Made by a program: the position numbers and the translations under genes. Under the pieces are notes generated by a model. It was not told the DNA's origin. It searched no databases and saw nothing but the letters and a program-made list of their open reading frames with translations. A stretch of 64,000 bases of DNA from an uncultured Rhizobium sp. Lineage in GTDB: Bacteria > Pseudomonadota > Alphaproteobacteria > SMXQ01. Below, piece by piece: positions 40,301 through 49,046 of this stretch; position 1 is the first letter of the stretch; the number at the start of each line of letters is the position of its first letter. The DNA is taken from contig CAZVLU010000015.1 in the NCBI GenBank assembly GCA_964628235.1, positions 150 to 64,149 of the forward strand, read 5' to 3'.

Positions 40301-40399
40301 AGCGAGGTTCAGGTTATCTTTCGCGACGTCATTGAAGATCCCGCGCAGCGCGCCGTCGGCGCGCCGCCGCGGCCGCCCGAGACGGACAGCTTCTCGTAA
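37388..40399 (+). CDS. glnE: Bifunctional glutamine synthetase adenylyltransferase/deadenylyltransferase
   Basis: 1003 aa with two nucleotidyltransferase domains (GKLGARELNYSSDVDL and GKLGGRALAENSDLDL). Confidence 0.9.
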   Translation: MEQYAFLPDPASLPKAADPQAASRGREQLRDAIAQIGETADDSALTDFVALLTADPRGAALCDALFGNSPFLTQAILADPGDFRSLLVEGPDRRCATALADAASAADGSADELMAALRRAKRRSALAIAAADIAGAWPLERVTGALSELAERTLSLVVAHLLRAAAARGDIVLKNPDMPEQGSGFAVLGLGKLGARELNYSSDVDLFVLFDDEVMDYRGPQSPQQFAVKLARDMVRMMEERTQNGYVFRTDLRLRPDPGATPIAVNVLAAEIYYESMGQNWERAAMIKARCVAGDRAVGEAFIAGLRPFIWRKNLDFAAIQDIHSIKRQINAHRGGERIAVAGHNVKLGRGGIREIEFFAQTQQLIWGGRDPRLRTLATCQTLDGLVAVGRVEAATAAEMKESYGFLRGVEHRLQMIEDHQTHSLPKDDDALRHVALFLGYDGTDAFAADLTMHLSRVEKHYGELFEEAPDLSGGSGGSLVFTGTEDDPETLKTLADMGFKDGSAVSAVVRAWHHGRYRATRSARARELLTELMPRLLAALGKTANPDAAFLNFDEFLKNLPAGVQLFSLFHANPELLGLVAEIMGSAPRLAAYLSGNTSLLDAVLTEGFDDAIPGPEPLAADLDSRLEQARDFEDVLEISRRFANDNKFRVGVQTLRARIDADIQGAALADIADTLIARLYREVSRDFARVHGTLPGGEMAVIAMGKLGGRALAENSDLDLVFVYDAPDMEARSTGEKPLAAGLYYLRLGQRLLSALSVPTSEGKLYEVDTRLRPSGNSGPLAASLAAFAQYHAEAAWTWEHMALTRARLVAGEAGLRARLTSQIRDILTRPRDAERLLTDVDDMRQRLHRARPAASIWDVKDRRGGLIDVEFIAQYMQLRHGHDHPETLSVATGAALAYAAQIGALAPAMGDALIRADKLWRTILGMLRLTVSGNFIEIQAPAGLKAALAAAAGADSFDALKRQMAETASEVQVIFRDVIEDPAQRAVGAPPRPPETDSFS

Positions 40400-40442
40400 C
40401 CGCATTTCTCGCAACAGACGACAATCCTTGGAAGGAGACTTG

Positions 40443-41192
40443 ATGATGGCTTTGCAGGTGGGCGACCGCGCTCCCGACTTCTCCATGCCGACCGCCGACG
40501 GCGGCGACATTTGGCTCTCGGCCCTGCGCGGCAAGAAGGTCGTGCTCTATTTCTATCCGAAGGACGACACGCCGGGCTGCACGACGGAGGCTTGCTCGTT
40601 CCGCGACAACCTGCCGGACTTCAAGGGCCTCAACGCCGAGATCATCGGCGTCTCTCGCGACGACACGTCAAGCCATCAACGCTTCCGCGACAAGTTCGGG
40701 CTGAACTTCACGCTCGCCTCCGACACCACCGGCAAAGTCACCGAAGACTACGGCGTGTGGACCGAAAAGAGCATGTACGGCAAGACCTTCATGGGCATCC
40801 AGCGCGCCACCTTCCTGATCGACGAGAGCGGCAAGATCGCCCACATCTGGCCGAAGGTGTCGGTCGAGGGCCACAGCGCCGAGGTGATGGCGGCGATCAA
40901 GGGCGAGCTGCCGCTCGCAGCCCCCGCCGCCAAGCCGGCCGCGAAGAAGGCCAAGCCCGCCGCCAAACCTGTCGCGGCCAAGAAGCCGGCGACCAAGAAA
41001 GCCGCCGCGAAAAAATCCGTGACGAAAAAAGCCGCGGCCAAGAAGAAGGCCGCCCCGAAAAAGGCCGTGAAGACGCTCGCGAAGAAATCCGCCAAAAAAG
41101 CGTCGACGAAAATCGCGAAGAAGGCGACCAAGAAGCCCCCGGCGAAAAAAACCAGCGCCAAAAAGGCCAAGAAGGCCGCGAAGAAGAAATAA
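40443..41192 (+). CDS. bcp: Peroxiredoxin Bcp (thiol peroxidase) fused to a C-terminal lysine/alanine-rich histone H1-like tail of about 90 aa
   Basis: N-terminal Bcp domain with the peroxidatic TPGCT motif (YFYPKDDTPGCTTEACSF). C-terminus made of AKK/PAAK repeats. AAGGAGA Shine-Dalgarno before ATGATG at 40443. Confidence 0.85.
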   Translation: MMALQVGDRAPDFSMPTADGGDIWLSALRGKKVVLYFYPKDDTPGCTTEACSFRDNLPDFKGLNAEIIGVSRDDTSSHQRFRDKFGLNFTLASDTTGKVTEDYGVWTEKSMYGKTFMGIQRATFLIDESGKIAHIWPKVSVEGHSAEVMAAIKGELPLAAPAAKPAAKKAKPAAKPVAAKKPATKKAAAKKSVTKKAAAKKKAAPKKAVKTLAKKSAKKASTKIAKKATKKPPAKKTSAKKAKKAAKKK

Positions 41193-41213
41193 GCGCGACA
41201 TAGCGCTCACGAC

Positions 41214-41244
41214 AAAAAGGCCGGGAGCGATCCCGGCCTTTTTT
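41214..41244. terminator. Bidirectional rho-independent terminator (AAAAAGGCCGGGA-GCGA-TCCCGGCCTTTTTT) between convergent bcp and tctC paralog 3
   Basis: Read from the sequence. 8-bp GC stem flanked by an A-tract and a T-tract. Confidence 0.6.
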
Positions 41245-41262
41245 AGATGTGAGGAAGTTGGT

Positions 41263-42285
41263 TCAGTTCGGGATCTTGCCGCCCAGCGCTTTGAGATAGC
41301 GCTGCTTCACGGCATCCGGTGCCCGCGCCAAACCGCGCACGATCTCCTGCACTTCACGGCCGTTTTTCGGCGACATCTCGAGCTGCTGTTTTGCGCTGTC
41401 CGCAAGATAGCCCGGATCGGCCATGGTTTTGTCGAACGCGGCGCGCAGCAGTTCGACGCGCTCGGCCGGCACCCCGGGCGGCGCCAGCATCGGGCGGGCC
41501 ATGAGCAACGGGATCTCGGCGAATTCGATCAGGGCTCGATTCTCCGGGCCCTCGGCCAGTTCGCGCGCCGTCGGCACGTCTTTCAAGGCCGGCAAGCGGT
41601 CGATGCGGCCAAATTGCACCAAGGGGCGGATCACGCCTTTTTCCAGCCATTGCGGACGGCGCGACAAGATCGACTGATAGCCGCTTGTATGGCCGTTGAT
41701 CTCGCCGCGCTCAAAGGCGAGCTCCATCTCATCGCTGCCTTTGTAGCCGGTGATGATTTTGAAGTTGAAGCCGAGTGCCTCTTTGAGGATCGCCGGCACG
41801 TCGCTCCCGGTATCGCCGATGATCAAGGGCTCCTTCCCGCTTCTGAGATCGGCGGCGGTTCTGAACGGCGCGTCGGCGCGAGCCACAAGCAGATAGGAAT
41901 TGTCGCTGTAGCTCGCCGTGGTGCCGAGCCACTGGAAATCGTCCGCCTTGAACTTCGCTTGTTCGGCGCCGAGCACCGCCATGATCGGCACGAAGCGGTT
42001 GACGACGCCGATGGTGACGCCGTCACGCTCGGCGATGTTGGCCAAATGGTTCGCCGCGACGAGGCCGCCCGCGCCCGGCATATTGACGACGATCGCCGTC
42101 GGATTGCCCGCGATATATTGCGGCATATAGCGCTGCAACAGCCGGGCAATCGTGTCGTAACCGCCGCCAGCGGCGTAGCTCACGACGATGCGTACTTGTT
42201 TACCCTTGTAAAAATCTTCGGCCGAGGCCGCGCTGGCGCTCAGCAGCGATACGGCAACGCCGACCACAATCGATATGCGATTCAT
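41263..42285 (-). CDS. TctC/Bug-family periplasmic solute-binding protein, paralog 3
   Basis: Signal peptide plus FYKGKQVRIVVSYAAGGGYDTIARL...NMPGAGG. Confidence 0.7.
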   Translation of the reverse strand: MNRISIVVGVAVSLLSASAASAEDFYKGKQVRIVVSYAAGGGYDTIARLLQRYMPQYIAGNPTAIVVNMPGAGGLVAANHLANIAERDGVTIGVVNRFVPIMAVLGAEQAKFKADDFQWLGTTASYSDNSYLLVARADAPFRTAADLRSGKEPLIIGDTGSDVPAILKEALGFNFKIITGYKGSDEMELAFERGEINGHTSGYQSILSRRPQWLEKGVIRPLVQFGRIDRLPALKDVPTARELAEGPENRALIEFAEIPLLMARPMLAPPGVPAERVELLRAAFDKTMADPGYLADSAKQQLEMSPKNGREVQEIVRGLARAPDAVKQRYLKALGGKIPN

Positions 42286-42322
42286 CGAACCCTCCCGATT
42301 TTCAAAGACGCTCTTGCGGCGT

Positions 42323-42841
42323 TCAGTGCTTGTTGTTTTTAAGGCGAATCTGCCGCTCTTCCTCGGTCATGCCGACCCAAACGCTGGGACTGAGCTTGGC
42401 CGGTTCGAGCGGGATGCGTTTGGACATCTTGGCGCCCTTGGGATAGCCGGCGATCTGCAACAGCCAGGCTTCTTCATCGCCGACGCTGCCGAACCAATAG
42501 CGCGAATTTTCTGGCAACAGCAGGCCCTCGTGCGGGCCGAAATCGCCGATCACGGCGTCGCCCGGGCCATAGAATTTCACCCGCCCTTTGAGGACCATGT
42601 AGATGAGGTCCATGTTCGGGTGGTAATGCAGATTGTTCTCGCCGCCTTTGTTGAGCACCTGGATCGAGGCGCGGCAGGAATCCGTCCCGGCCAATTTGAC
42701 GTGCAGCTTCTTGCCGGTTTCGAGAGCGATTTCGGGCCCGTTGAAGTCGAAGGTCTTGATGCCGGCTTCAGCAGCGAGGAAGAAGGCTTCCTTCTTCTCC
42801 GCGCCATGCAGGTCGGCCTCTGCGTCTTTCACATCGCTCAT
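42323..42841 (-). CDS. Cupin-domain protein (small, 172 aa)
   Basis: Cupin metal motif NLHYHPNMDLIYMVLKG...G...H. Directly upstream of TctC paralog 3 on the same strand. Confidence 0.6.
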   Translation of the reverse strand: MSDVKDAEADLHGAEKKEAFFLAAEAGIKTFDFNGPEIALETGKKLHVKLAGTDSCRASIQVLNKGGENNLHYHPNMDLIYMVLKGRVKFYGPGDAVIGDFGPHEGLLLPENSRYWFGSVGDEEAWLLQIAGYPKGAKMSKRIPLEPAKLSPSVWVGMTEEERQIRLKNNKH

Positions 42842-43001
42842 GCGTTCTCTCCCATCGCGCCGCCCATGATCGGGCGATCATTATGAGATAAACTAGCGCC
42901 TCCGGGGCGCTGCGATAAGCGCCCTTCGCGGCAAGCGTCTGTCCTCATTCGAGGCCGGTCTTGTAAAGGACATCTCTTATGGAAGACTGGAGCGGAAAGG
43001 C

Positions 43002-43388
43002 TCAGACAGTCTTGGCCGCGACCGCCTGAAGCTCGCAACGCATCGCGGGATCGGCGAGGCCGGACACGTAGACTTTCGTCGATCCGACATGCAGATCGCC
43101 GAGAACGCGCGCGCGCACTCGGTCGTATCCGTCATTGTCCTCGCGGCGCGTGAGATAGAGCGTGACATGGACGAGATCGGCCAAATCCATTTCCGCCGCT
43201 CTCAGCACTTCGACAAGATTGCGCCAAGCCAGCTCCGCCTGCGCCTCGATCCCCTCGGCGACCTTGCCGTGAACGTCGCGGCCGACTTGCCCGGAAATAT
43301 GCAGCCATCGTGCGTTGGGCGGCACTTCAACGCCCTGGGCATATTTCGCGTTGAAGAACACTTCCGCCGGATCGTGTGCCTTGTGCAT
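43002..43388 (-). CDS. RidA/YjgF-family reactive-intermediate deaminase
   Basis: 128 aa from the ATG at 43388 (the listed ORF extends in frame upstream through an Arg/Ser-rich artefact). The conserved RidA C-terminal region is present. Confidence 0.75.
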   Translation of the reverse strand: MHKAHDPAEVFFNAKYAQGVEVPPNARWLHISGQVGRDVHGKVAEGIEAQAELAWRNLVEVLRAAEMDLADLVHVTLYLTRREDNDGYDRVRARVLGDLHVGSTKVYVSGLADPAMRCELQAVAAKTV

Positions 43389-43404
43389 ATCCGCCCGCCT
43401 CCGC

Positions 43405-44551
43405 TTACAAGTCGTCGCCGATATCCGCGACCGCGCCCTTCTTCGGCTTTTCGCCGGTGACGCGCTGCGCCAGAGCCGCCTGCATGAACGGGTCGAGATC
43501 GCCGTCGAGCACGCCGCCCGAATTGCTCGTCTCGACGCCGGTGCGCAAGTCTTTGACCATCTGATAGGGCTGCAAGACATAAGACCGGATCTGATGGCCC
43601 CAGCCGATGTCGGTCTTTTGGTCTTCGATCGCCTGGGCCGCCGCTTCGCGGATCGCCAACTCGCGCTCGTATAATCGCGCCTTCAGCATGTCGAACGCGT
43701 AGGCGCGGTTGCGATGCTGCGACCGGTCGGTCTGGCAGGACACGACGATGCCGGTCGGCAAGTGGGTGATGCGGATAGCGCTGTCGGTCTTGTTGATGTG
43801 CTGACCGCCGGCGCCAGAGGCGCGATAGGTGTCGATGCGCAGATCCTTGTCGAGAATCTCGACCTCGATGCTGTCGTCGATCTCGGGATAGACGTAGATC
43901 GACGAGAAGCTGGTGTGGCGGCGGCCCGCCGAGTCGTACGGCGAGATGCGCACCAGACGATGCACGCCGGTCTCGGTCTTGAGCCAGCCGAAGGCGTTGG
44001 GGCCGACGATCTTGACGGTGGCGGACTTGAGGCCGGCTTCTTCGCCCTGGCTCTCTTCCATCCATTCGACCTTATAGCCGTGCTGCTCGGCCCAGCGGGT
44101 GTACATGCGCAACAGGATTTCCGCCCAGTCTTGCGACTCGGTGCCGCCGGCGCCGGCATGGACTTCGAGGAAGGCGTTGTTGAGATCGGCTTCGCCCGAC
44201 AGCAGGCTTTCGAACTGGCGCTTCTTGGCTTCGTCGCGCAACACGGTCAAGGCCGCCTGCACTTCATCAAGCGTCGCCTGGTCGCCCTCGGCATCGGCCA
44301 TCTCGGCCAACTCGACGTTGTCTTTATATTCCTGCTCGGTCTTGCGCACGCCCTCGACCAGCGTCGAGAGCTGGGTGCGCTCGCGCATGATCTTCTGCGC
44401 GGCTTGGGCGTTGTTCCACAGGGCGGGGTCTTCGGCCTTGGCGTCCAGCTCGCTCAGGCGGCGCAGCGCGTTATCCCAGTCAAAGATACCTCCTCAGCAG
44501 CGCAAGCGACTGCTGGGTTTCGGCGGTCAGTTTCTCGATCTCGGCGCGCAT
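43405..44551 (-). CDS. prfB: Peptide chain release factor 2, with programmed +1 ribosomal frameshift
   Basis: The main ORF 43405..44388 contains the GGQ motif (SGAGGQHINKTDSAIR) and SPF. Upstream, the ATG at 44551 opens a 23-codon frame (MRAEIEKLTAETQQSLALLRRYL) ending in CTT TGA C, preceded by AGGAGG: the canonical RF2 autoregulatory frameshift site. Confidence 0.9.
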
Positions 44552-44610
44552 GACATATCCTAAAGCAACGCGAACGGCGGTCGCCGCGCGTTATGGCGGA
44601 AAACGCAGGA

Positions 44611-47040
44611 TCAGTAAAGCCCGCCAGCCCCGCCGCCGGAGCCGCCGGTGATCGTGCGCAAGGGCCCCGTCGACGCCGCGAGCGGATCGCTGGAGCTGCC
44701 GTCGATCACCTCGTCGCGGCCCGAAGGCTCGGTGCCTGGCTTGAAGGCTTCGAGGATGCTGCCGCGCTCGCTGGCCGACGCGAGTTGGCCGTTCGCCGGG
44801 TTGATGCGCACCAATCTGATGCCGGGCGGAATGCGGAAGGGAATCGCTGGCTGGTCCTTCAGCGCCGCTTCCATGAAGTCGCGGAAGATCGGCACGGCGA
44901 TGGAGGAACCTGTCTCGTCTTTGCCGAGCGTTTTCGGATTGTCGAAGCCGATATAGGTGCCGACCACCAAGTCCGGCGAGAAACCGACGAACCAAGCATC
45001 GGTGAAATCGTTCGTCGTGCCCGTCTTGCCCGCCAGCGTCTTGCCGAGCGAGGCGATGCGGATGCCGGTGCCGCGCTGCACGGCGCCTTGCAGCATCGAA
45101 ACCATCTGATAGGCGGTGCGCGGATCCTCGATCTGCTCGCGCGTGTCGGGCAGCTTCGGCAGACGCTTCACGTCGGCCTCGCCCTCGACGCAGCCGACGC
45201 AGGCGCGCGCGTCATGGCGATAGATCGTCTTGCCGTGGCGGTCTTGGATGCGGTCGATGAAGCTCGGCGTGATGCGCTTGCCGCCGTTCACGAACACGGC
45301 GTAGCCCATCGTCATGCGCAACAACGTCGTCTCTCCGGCGCCGAGCGACATGGAGAGCACCGGATCGAGTCGGTCGATGACGCCGAACTTCTTGGCGTAA
45401 GCCGCGACCTTGTCCATGCCGATGGTCTGCGCCAAACGCACGGTCATCAAGTTCCGCGACTTCTCGATGCCGATACGGAGCGTGCTCGGCCCCAGGAAAT
45501 CGTTGGCGAAGTTGCCGGGCTTCCACAAACCGAGCCCAGGGCCTTGATCCAGAACGAAGGGGGTGTCAAGCACCAGGCTCGCCGGCGTTAATCCCGAATC
45601 GAGCGCCGCCGTATAGACGAACGGCTTGAACGACGAGCCGGTCTGGCGCATCGCCTGGGTCGCGCGGTTGAACTGGCTGGCGGCGTAGGAAAACCCGCCG
45701 CTCATCGCGAGCACGCGGCCGGTGTGCGGATCGAGCGCCAGCAGGCCGCCGTTGACGTCGGGGATCTGCACCAGGGCGTGGCCGCCCTTGCCCTCCTCGA
45801 CGGCGACGACATCGCCGACGGCGAGCACGTCGGCCGGCGATTTCGGCGACGGGCCGACATGCTGATCCTTCGCCCAGGGCCGCGCCCAACGCATCAGCTC
45901 GAAGGGGATGACGCTTTCGTCGCCGCCTTCCAAACCGATGCGCGCCTGATCGCTCGCGACCTGCAGCACCACGGCGAGCTTCCACGGCGCCAGCGCCGGC
46001 GGCGGCGTCACCCCGGCCAGCTTCGCCTGCCAATCAGCGCCGTTAATGGCGATTTTAGCGATCGGTCCGCGATAACCGTGGCGGCGGTCGTAACGGATCA
46101 TGCCATCGCGCAACGCTTTATCGGCGATCGCCTGCAAGCGGCTGTCGAGCGTCGCGCGCACCGAGAGGCCGCCGCGATAAAGGCTGTTCTCGCCGTAGCG
46201 GTCGTAAAGCTGCCGGCGCACTTCCTCGGCGAAGAAGCCGGCTTCCACCACGCGGGTCTCGCTGGCGGGCCGCACGCCGAGCGGCTGCGTTTGCGACGCC
46301 AGCGCGGCTTCGTCGGTGATGAAACGCTCTTCGGCCATGCGCTCGAGCACCCAATCGCGGCGCGCCTTGGCGGCGCCGGCCTGACGATAAGGATGATAGT
46401 TGTTCGGCGCTTTCGGCAAGGCGGCGAGATAGGCCGCCTCGCTCACCGTCAGCTCATTGAGCGATTTGTTGAAATAATTGAGCGCGGCGGCGGCGACGCC
46501 ATAGGAGCCGAAGCCGAGATAAATTTCGTTGAGATACAGCTCGAGAATGCGGTCCTTCGACAGGGCGCGCTCGATGCGCAGCGAGATCAGCGCTTCCTTG
46601 ATCTTGCGCTCGAAGGAGACCTCGTTGGTCAGCAGGAAATTCTTGGCGACTTGCTGGGTGATCGTCGAGGCGCCGACCGGACGGCGATTTTGGCCGACTT
46701 GCGACAAGTTCTGCAGCGATGCGCGAACGATGCCGAAGACGTCGATGCCGGGATGGCTGTAGAAGTTCTTGTCCTCGGCGGCGAGGAACGCTTCCTTGAC
46801 CAACGTCGGGATGGCGTCGACCGGCACGAAGACGCGCTTTTCAGTGGCATATTCGGCGATCAGGCTGCCGTCGGCGGCATGGACCCGGGTGACCACCGGC
46901 GGCTCATAGGTGGCGAGCGCCTGGTAGTCGGGCAAGCCGCGGCCATAATGGTAGGAGACGGCGAGAAAGCCGCCGACGCCAAGCAGGGCCAGCAGCGCCA
47001 CACCGGCCAACAGAGCGGCGAAACACTTCAAGATGCGCAT
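44611..47040 (-). CDS. mrcA: Penicillin-binding protein 1A (bifunctional transglycosylase/transpeptidase)
   Basis: Glycosyltransferase motifs (EDKNFYSHPGID) and transpeptidase SxxK/SxN/KTG motifs. 809 aa. Confidence 0.9.
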   Translation of the reverse strand: MRILKCFAALLAGVALLALLGVGGFLAVSYHYGRGLPDYQALATYEPPVVTRVHAADGSLIAEYATEKRVFVPVDAIPTLVKEAFLAAEDKNFYSHPGIDVFGIVRASLQNLSQVGQNRRPVGASTITQQVAKNFLLTNEVSFERKIKEALISLRIERALSKDRILELYLNEIYLGFGSYGVAAAALNYFNKSLNELTVSEAAYLAALPKAPNNYHPYRQAGAAKARRDWVLERMAEERFITDEAALASQTQPLGVRPASETRVVEAGFFAEEVRRQLYDRYGENSLYRGGLSVRATLDSRLQAIADKALRDGMIRYDRRHGYRGPIAKIAINGADWQAKLAGVTPPPALAPWKLAVVLQVASDQARIGLEGGDESVIPFELMRWARPWAKDQHVGPSPKSPADVLAVGDVVAVEEGKGGHALVQIPDVNGGLLALDPHTGRVLAMSGGFSYAASQFNRATQAMRQTGSSFKPFVYTAALDSGLTPASLVLDTPFVLDQGPGLGLWKPGNFANDFLGPSTLRIGIEKSRNLMTVRLAQTIGMDKVAAYAKKFGVIDRLDPVLSMSLGAGETTLLRMTMGYAVFVNGGKRITPSFIDRIQDRHGKTIYRHDARACVGCVEGEADVKRLPKLPDTREQIEDPRTAYQMVSMLQGAVQRGTGIRIASLGKTLAGKTGTTNDFTDAWFVGFSPDLVVGTYIGFDNPKTLGKDETGSSIAVPIFRDFMEAALKDQPAIPFRIPPGIRLVRINPANGQLASASERGSILEAFKPGTEPSGRDEVIDGSSSDPLAASTGPLRTITGGSGGGAGGLY

Positions 47041-47216
47041 ATGACTCTGAGACCCATCGCGGGGCCGCTCCTTGCCTTGACGCCCCCCGGCTGCCGTAGC
47101 GGCAGAATAGCGCAGACATATGGGCGCAGTTAAGTAACGTCAACGGCGGCGGAACGCTCCCGCGCAGCGGATATTTCACCGTTGCCGGCAAGCCACGCCG
47201 CTATCGCTTGAAAACC

Positions 47217-48521
47217 CTAGAGATTCGGCCGTTCGCGGAAGAACCGGTCGGCCGCGCGGACGATGCCGTCGGCCATTCTGAGCCGGTATTCGGGGCGCAA
47301 AAGCTCCCTTTCCTCGGCAGCGTTCGAAAGATAGCCCATCTCGAACAGCACCGAGGGGACATCGGGCGCTTTCAGCACCGCGAACCCGGCAAAACGGTGC
47401 GAATTGCTCAACAGCCGCACGGATTTTCCCAATTCGCTCACCATCAGGGCAGCGAAACGAGCCGAGTAATTCATCGTCTCGCGTTGGGCGAGATCGAGCA
47501 AAATGCTGGCGACTTCGCGGCTTTCGTGGCTCAGGTCCATGCCGGCGATGAGGTCCGCCTTGTTTTCCTTGGCGGCGAGCGATTCGGCCTCTTTGTCGGA
47601 GGCGACCTCCGACAGGGTGTAAATCGAGCCGCCGCGCGTGTTGCGATTGGCGATGGCGTCGGCATGCAGCGAGATGAACATTTCCGCGCCGGCGTTGCGG
47701 GCGATGGCGACGCGGTCGCGCAAGGGCACGAAAATGTCGGCATCGCGCGTCAGCACCACTTTGTAACGCCCGGTCGCCTCCATGCGCGCCTTGACCTGGC
47801 GCGCCATGGCGATGGTGACGTCCTTCTCATAGGTGCCGGCGGGGCCGATGGTGCCCGGGTCGACGCCGCCATGGCCGGCATCGATCACCACGACGCGGCG
47901 CGAATCGCCGCGCTCGCGCGGGCGCGGCGGCGGCTGCGGCGTCGGTGGGCGCGGCGTCACCGCCGCTTGCGGCGTCGCGGCGGATGGGACCGGTTGCGCC
48001 TGCGGACGGGGCGCCGACGGGTTCTGATCCTGAAATGCGGCCACTGGGACGCGCTCGATATCCAGCACCAAGCGGTGGCGGAAGCCCTCGCGCGGCTCGA
48101 TGACGAAGGCGCCCTTCACGGCCACCGGCGCGTTGACGTCGATCACCAGCCGCGAACGGCCGGCCTCGAACAGGCCGAAGCGGAAACCCTCGACCAAGCC
48201 CCCCTTGGCGCCGATATCGTTGGGCGGCAGGCTCCAGGCCACTTCCGGCAGATCGACCACGACGCGGTAAGGCGAGCCGAGGGTAAAGACCTCCGGTTTG
48301 ACCGCACTGGTCATTTCCAAGACGAAGCGGGTCGCTGCCGGATTGCCGCCGATCCGCACGCCGAGCACGGTCGCGCCGCTCTGGGCCATCACGGGTGCCG
48401 CCCAGAGTCCAGCCAAAGCACTGAAAAATAAGGCAAACCCCAGGACTGCACAGCAGACGCGCGTCAGCCCCGCCGGCCAAAGCCGCCGTTGGCGCGCTGC
48501 TAAGCTATAAAACCCCGGCAT
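47217..48521 (-). CDS. amiC: N-acetylmuramoyl-L-alanine amidase with N-terminal AMIN domain
   Basis: Amidase_3 motifs (VVIDAGHGG...ISLHAD). Signal peptide. 434 aa. Confidence 0.85.
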   Translation of the reverse strand: MPGFYSLAARQRRLWPAGLTRVCCAVLGFALFFSALAGLWAAPVMAQSGATVLGVRIGGNPAATRFVLEMTSAVKPEVFTLGSPYRVVVDLPEVAWSLPPNDIGAKGGLVEGFRFGLFEAGRSRLVIDVNAPVAVKGAFVIEPREGFRHRLVLDIERVPVAAFQDQNPSAPRPQAQPVPSAATPQAAVTPRPPTPQPPPRPRERGDSRRVVVIDAGHGGVDPGTIGPAGTYEKDVTIAMARQVKARMEATGRYKVVLTRDADIFVPLRDRVAIARNAGAEMFISLHADAIANRNTRGGSIYTLSEVASDKEAESLAAKENKADLIAGMDLSHESREVASILLDLAQRETMNYSARFAALMVSELGKSVRLLSNSHRFAGFAVLKAPDVPSVLFEMGYLSNAAEERELLRPEYRLRMADGIVRAADRFFRERPNL

Positions 48522-49046
48522 ATATCGGCACCCGCCTTGTACAGGCCGCTAGATATAGCGTCGGCAGGCCGCAAGCGGCAACCTGGAAAGCCCCCTCATA
48601 CGCCTCGGGTTTGGCCGATTAACCGATTGTGGAAAATCACTTATGCGATTATTTTGATGACGGAATAACTCCGGTCGGCCTTTCCTGACCGCCCCACGCC
48701 TCGGAAAACTGCGAAAAAACCGGGCGTCGGCTGGGAATAGGCGGCGCGGCGCGGTTCAGGGGATGGCAGACTTAGTGCCGTCGGATGAATCGAGGCGCGC
48801 TCAGACAGTCAGGAGTCGTATGAACCCTGAAGCTGCCCTTCGGCAACCCCGGCTTGAACAAGCCGCCGCCGGAGGGGTCGCGGCGCCCTCCGCCCTCCCC
48901 GTCTCCCGATTCCCACCGATAGGGTTTCCAGGTCACGCGGGTCGAGACGAGACGCAGCCAGCTTCGCAGATATGACGGCGCTACCGCCGGCGCGCGCCCC
49001 GATATGGCGCGCAGCCTGAAAGACGCGTCGCGGAGCACAAGGATAA
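48522..49046 (+). promoter_or_regulatory. Long (about 500 nt) non-coding leader upstream of rne (probable structured autoregulatory 5' UTR)
   Basis: No credible ORF. Position and length are analogous to the RNase E 5' UTR known in E. coli. Structure not verified. Confidence 0.45.
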
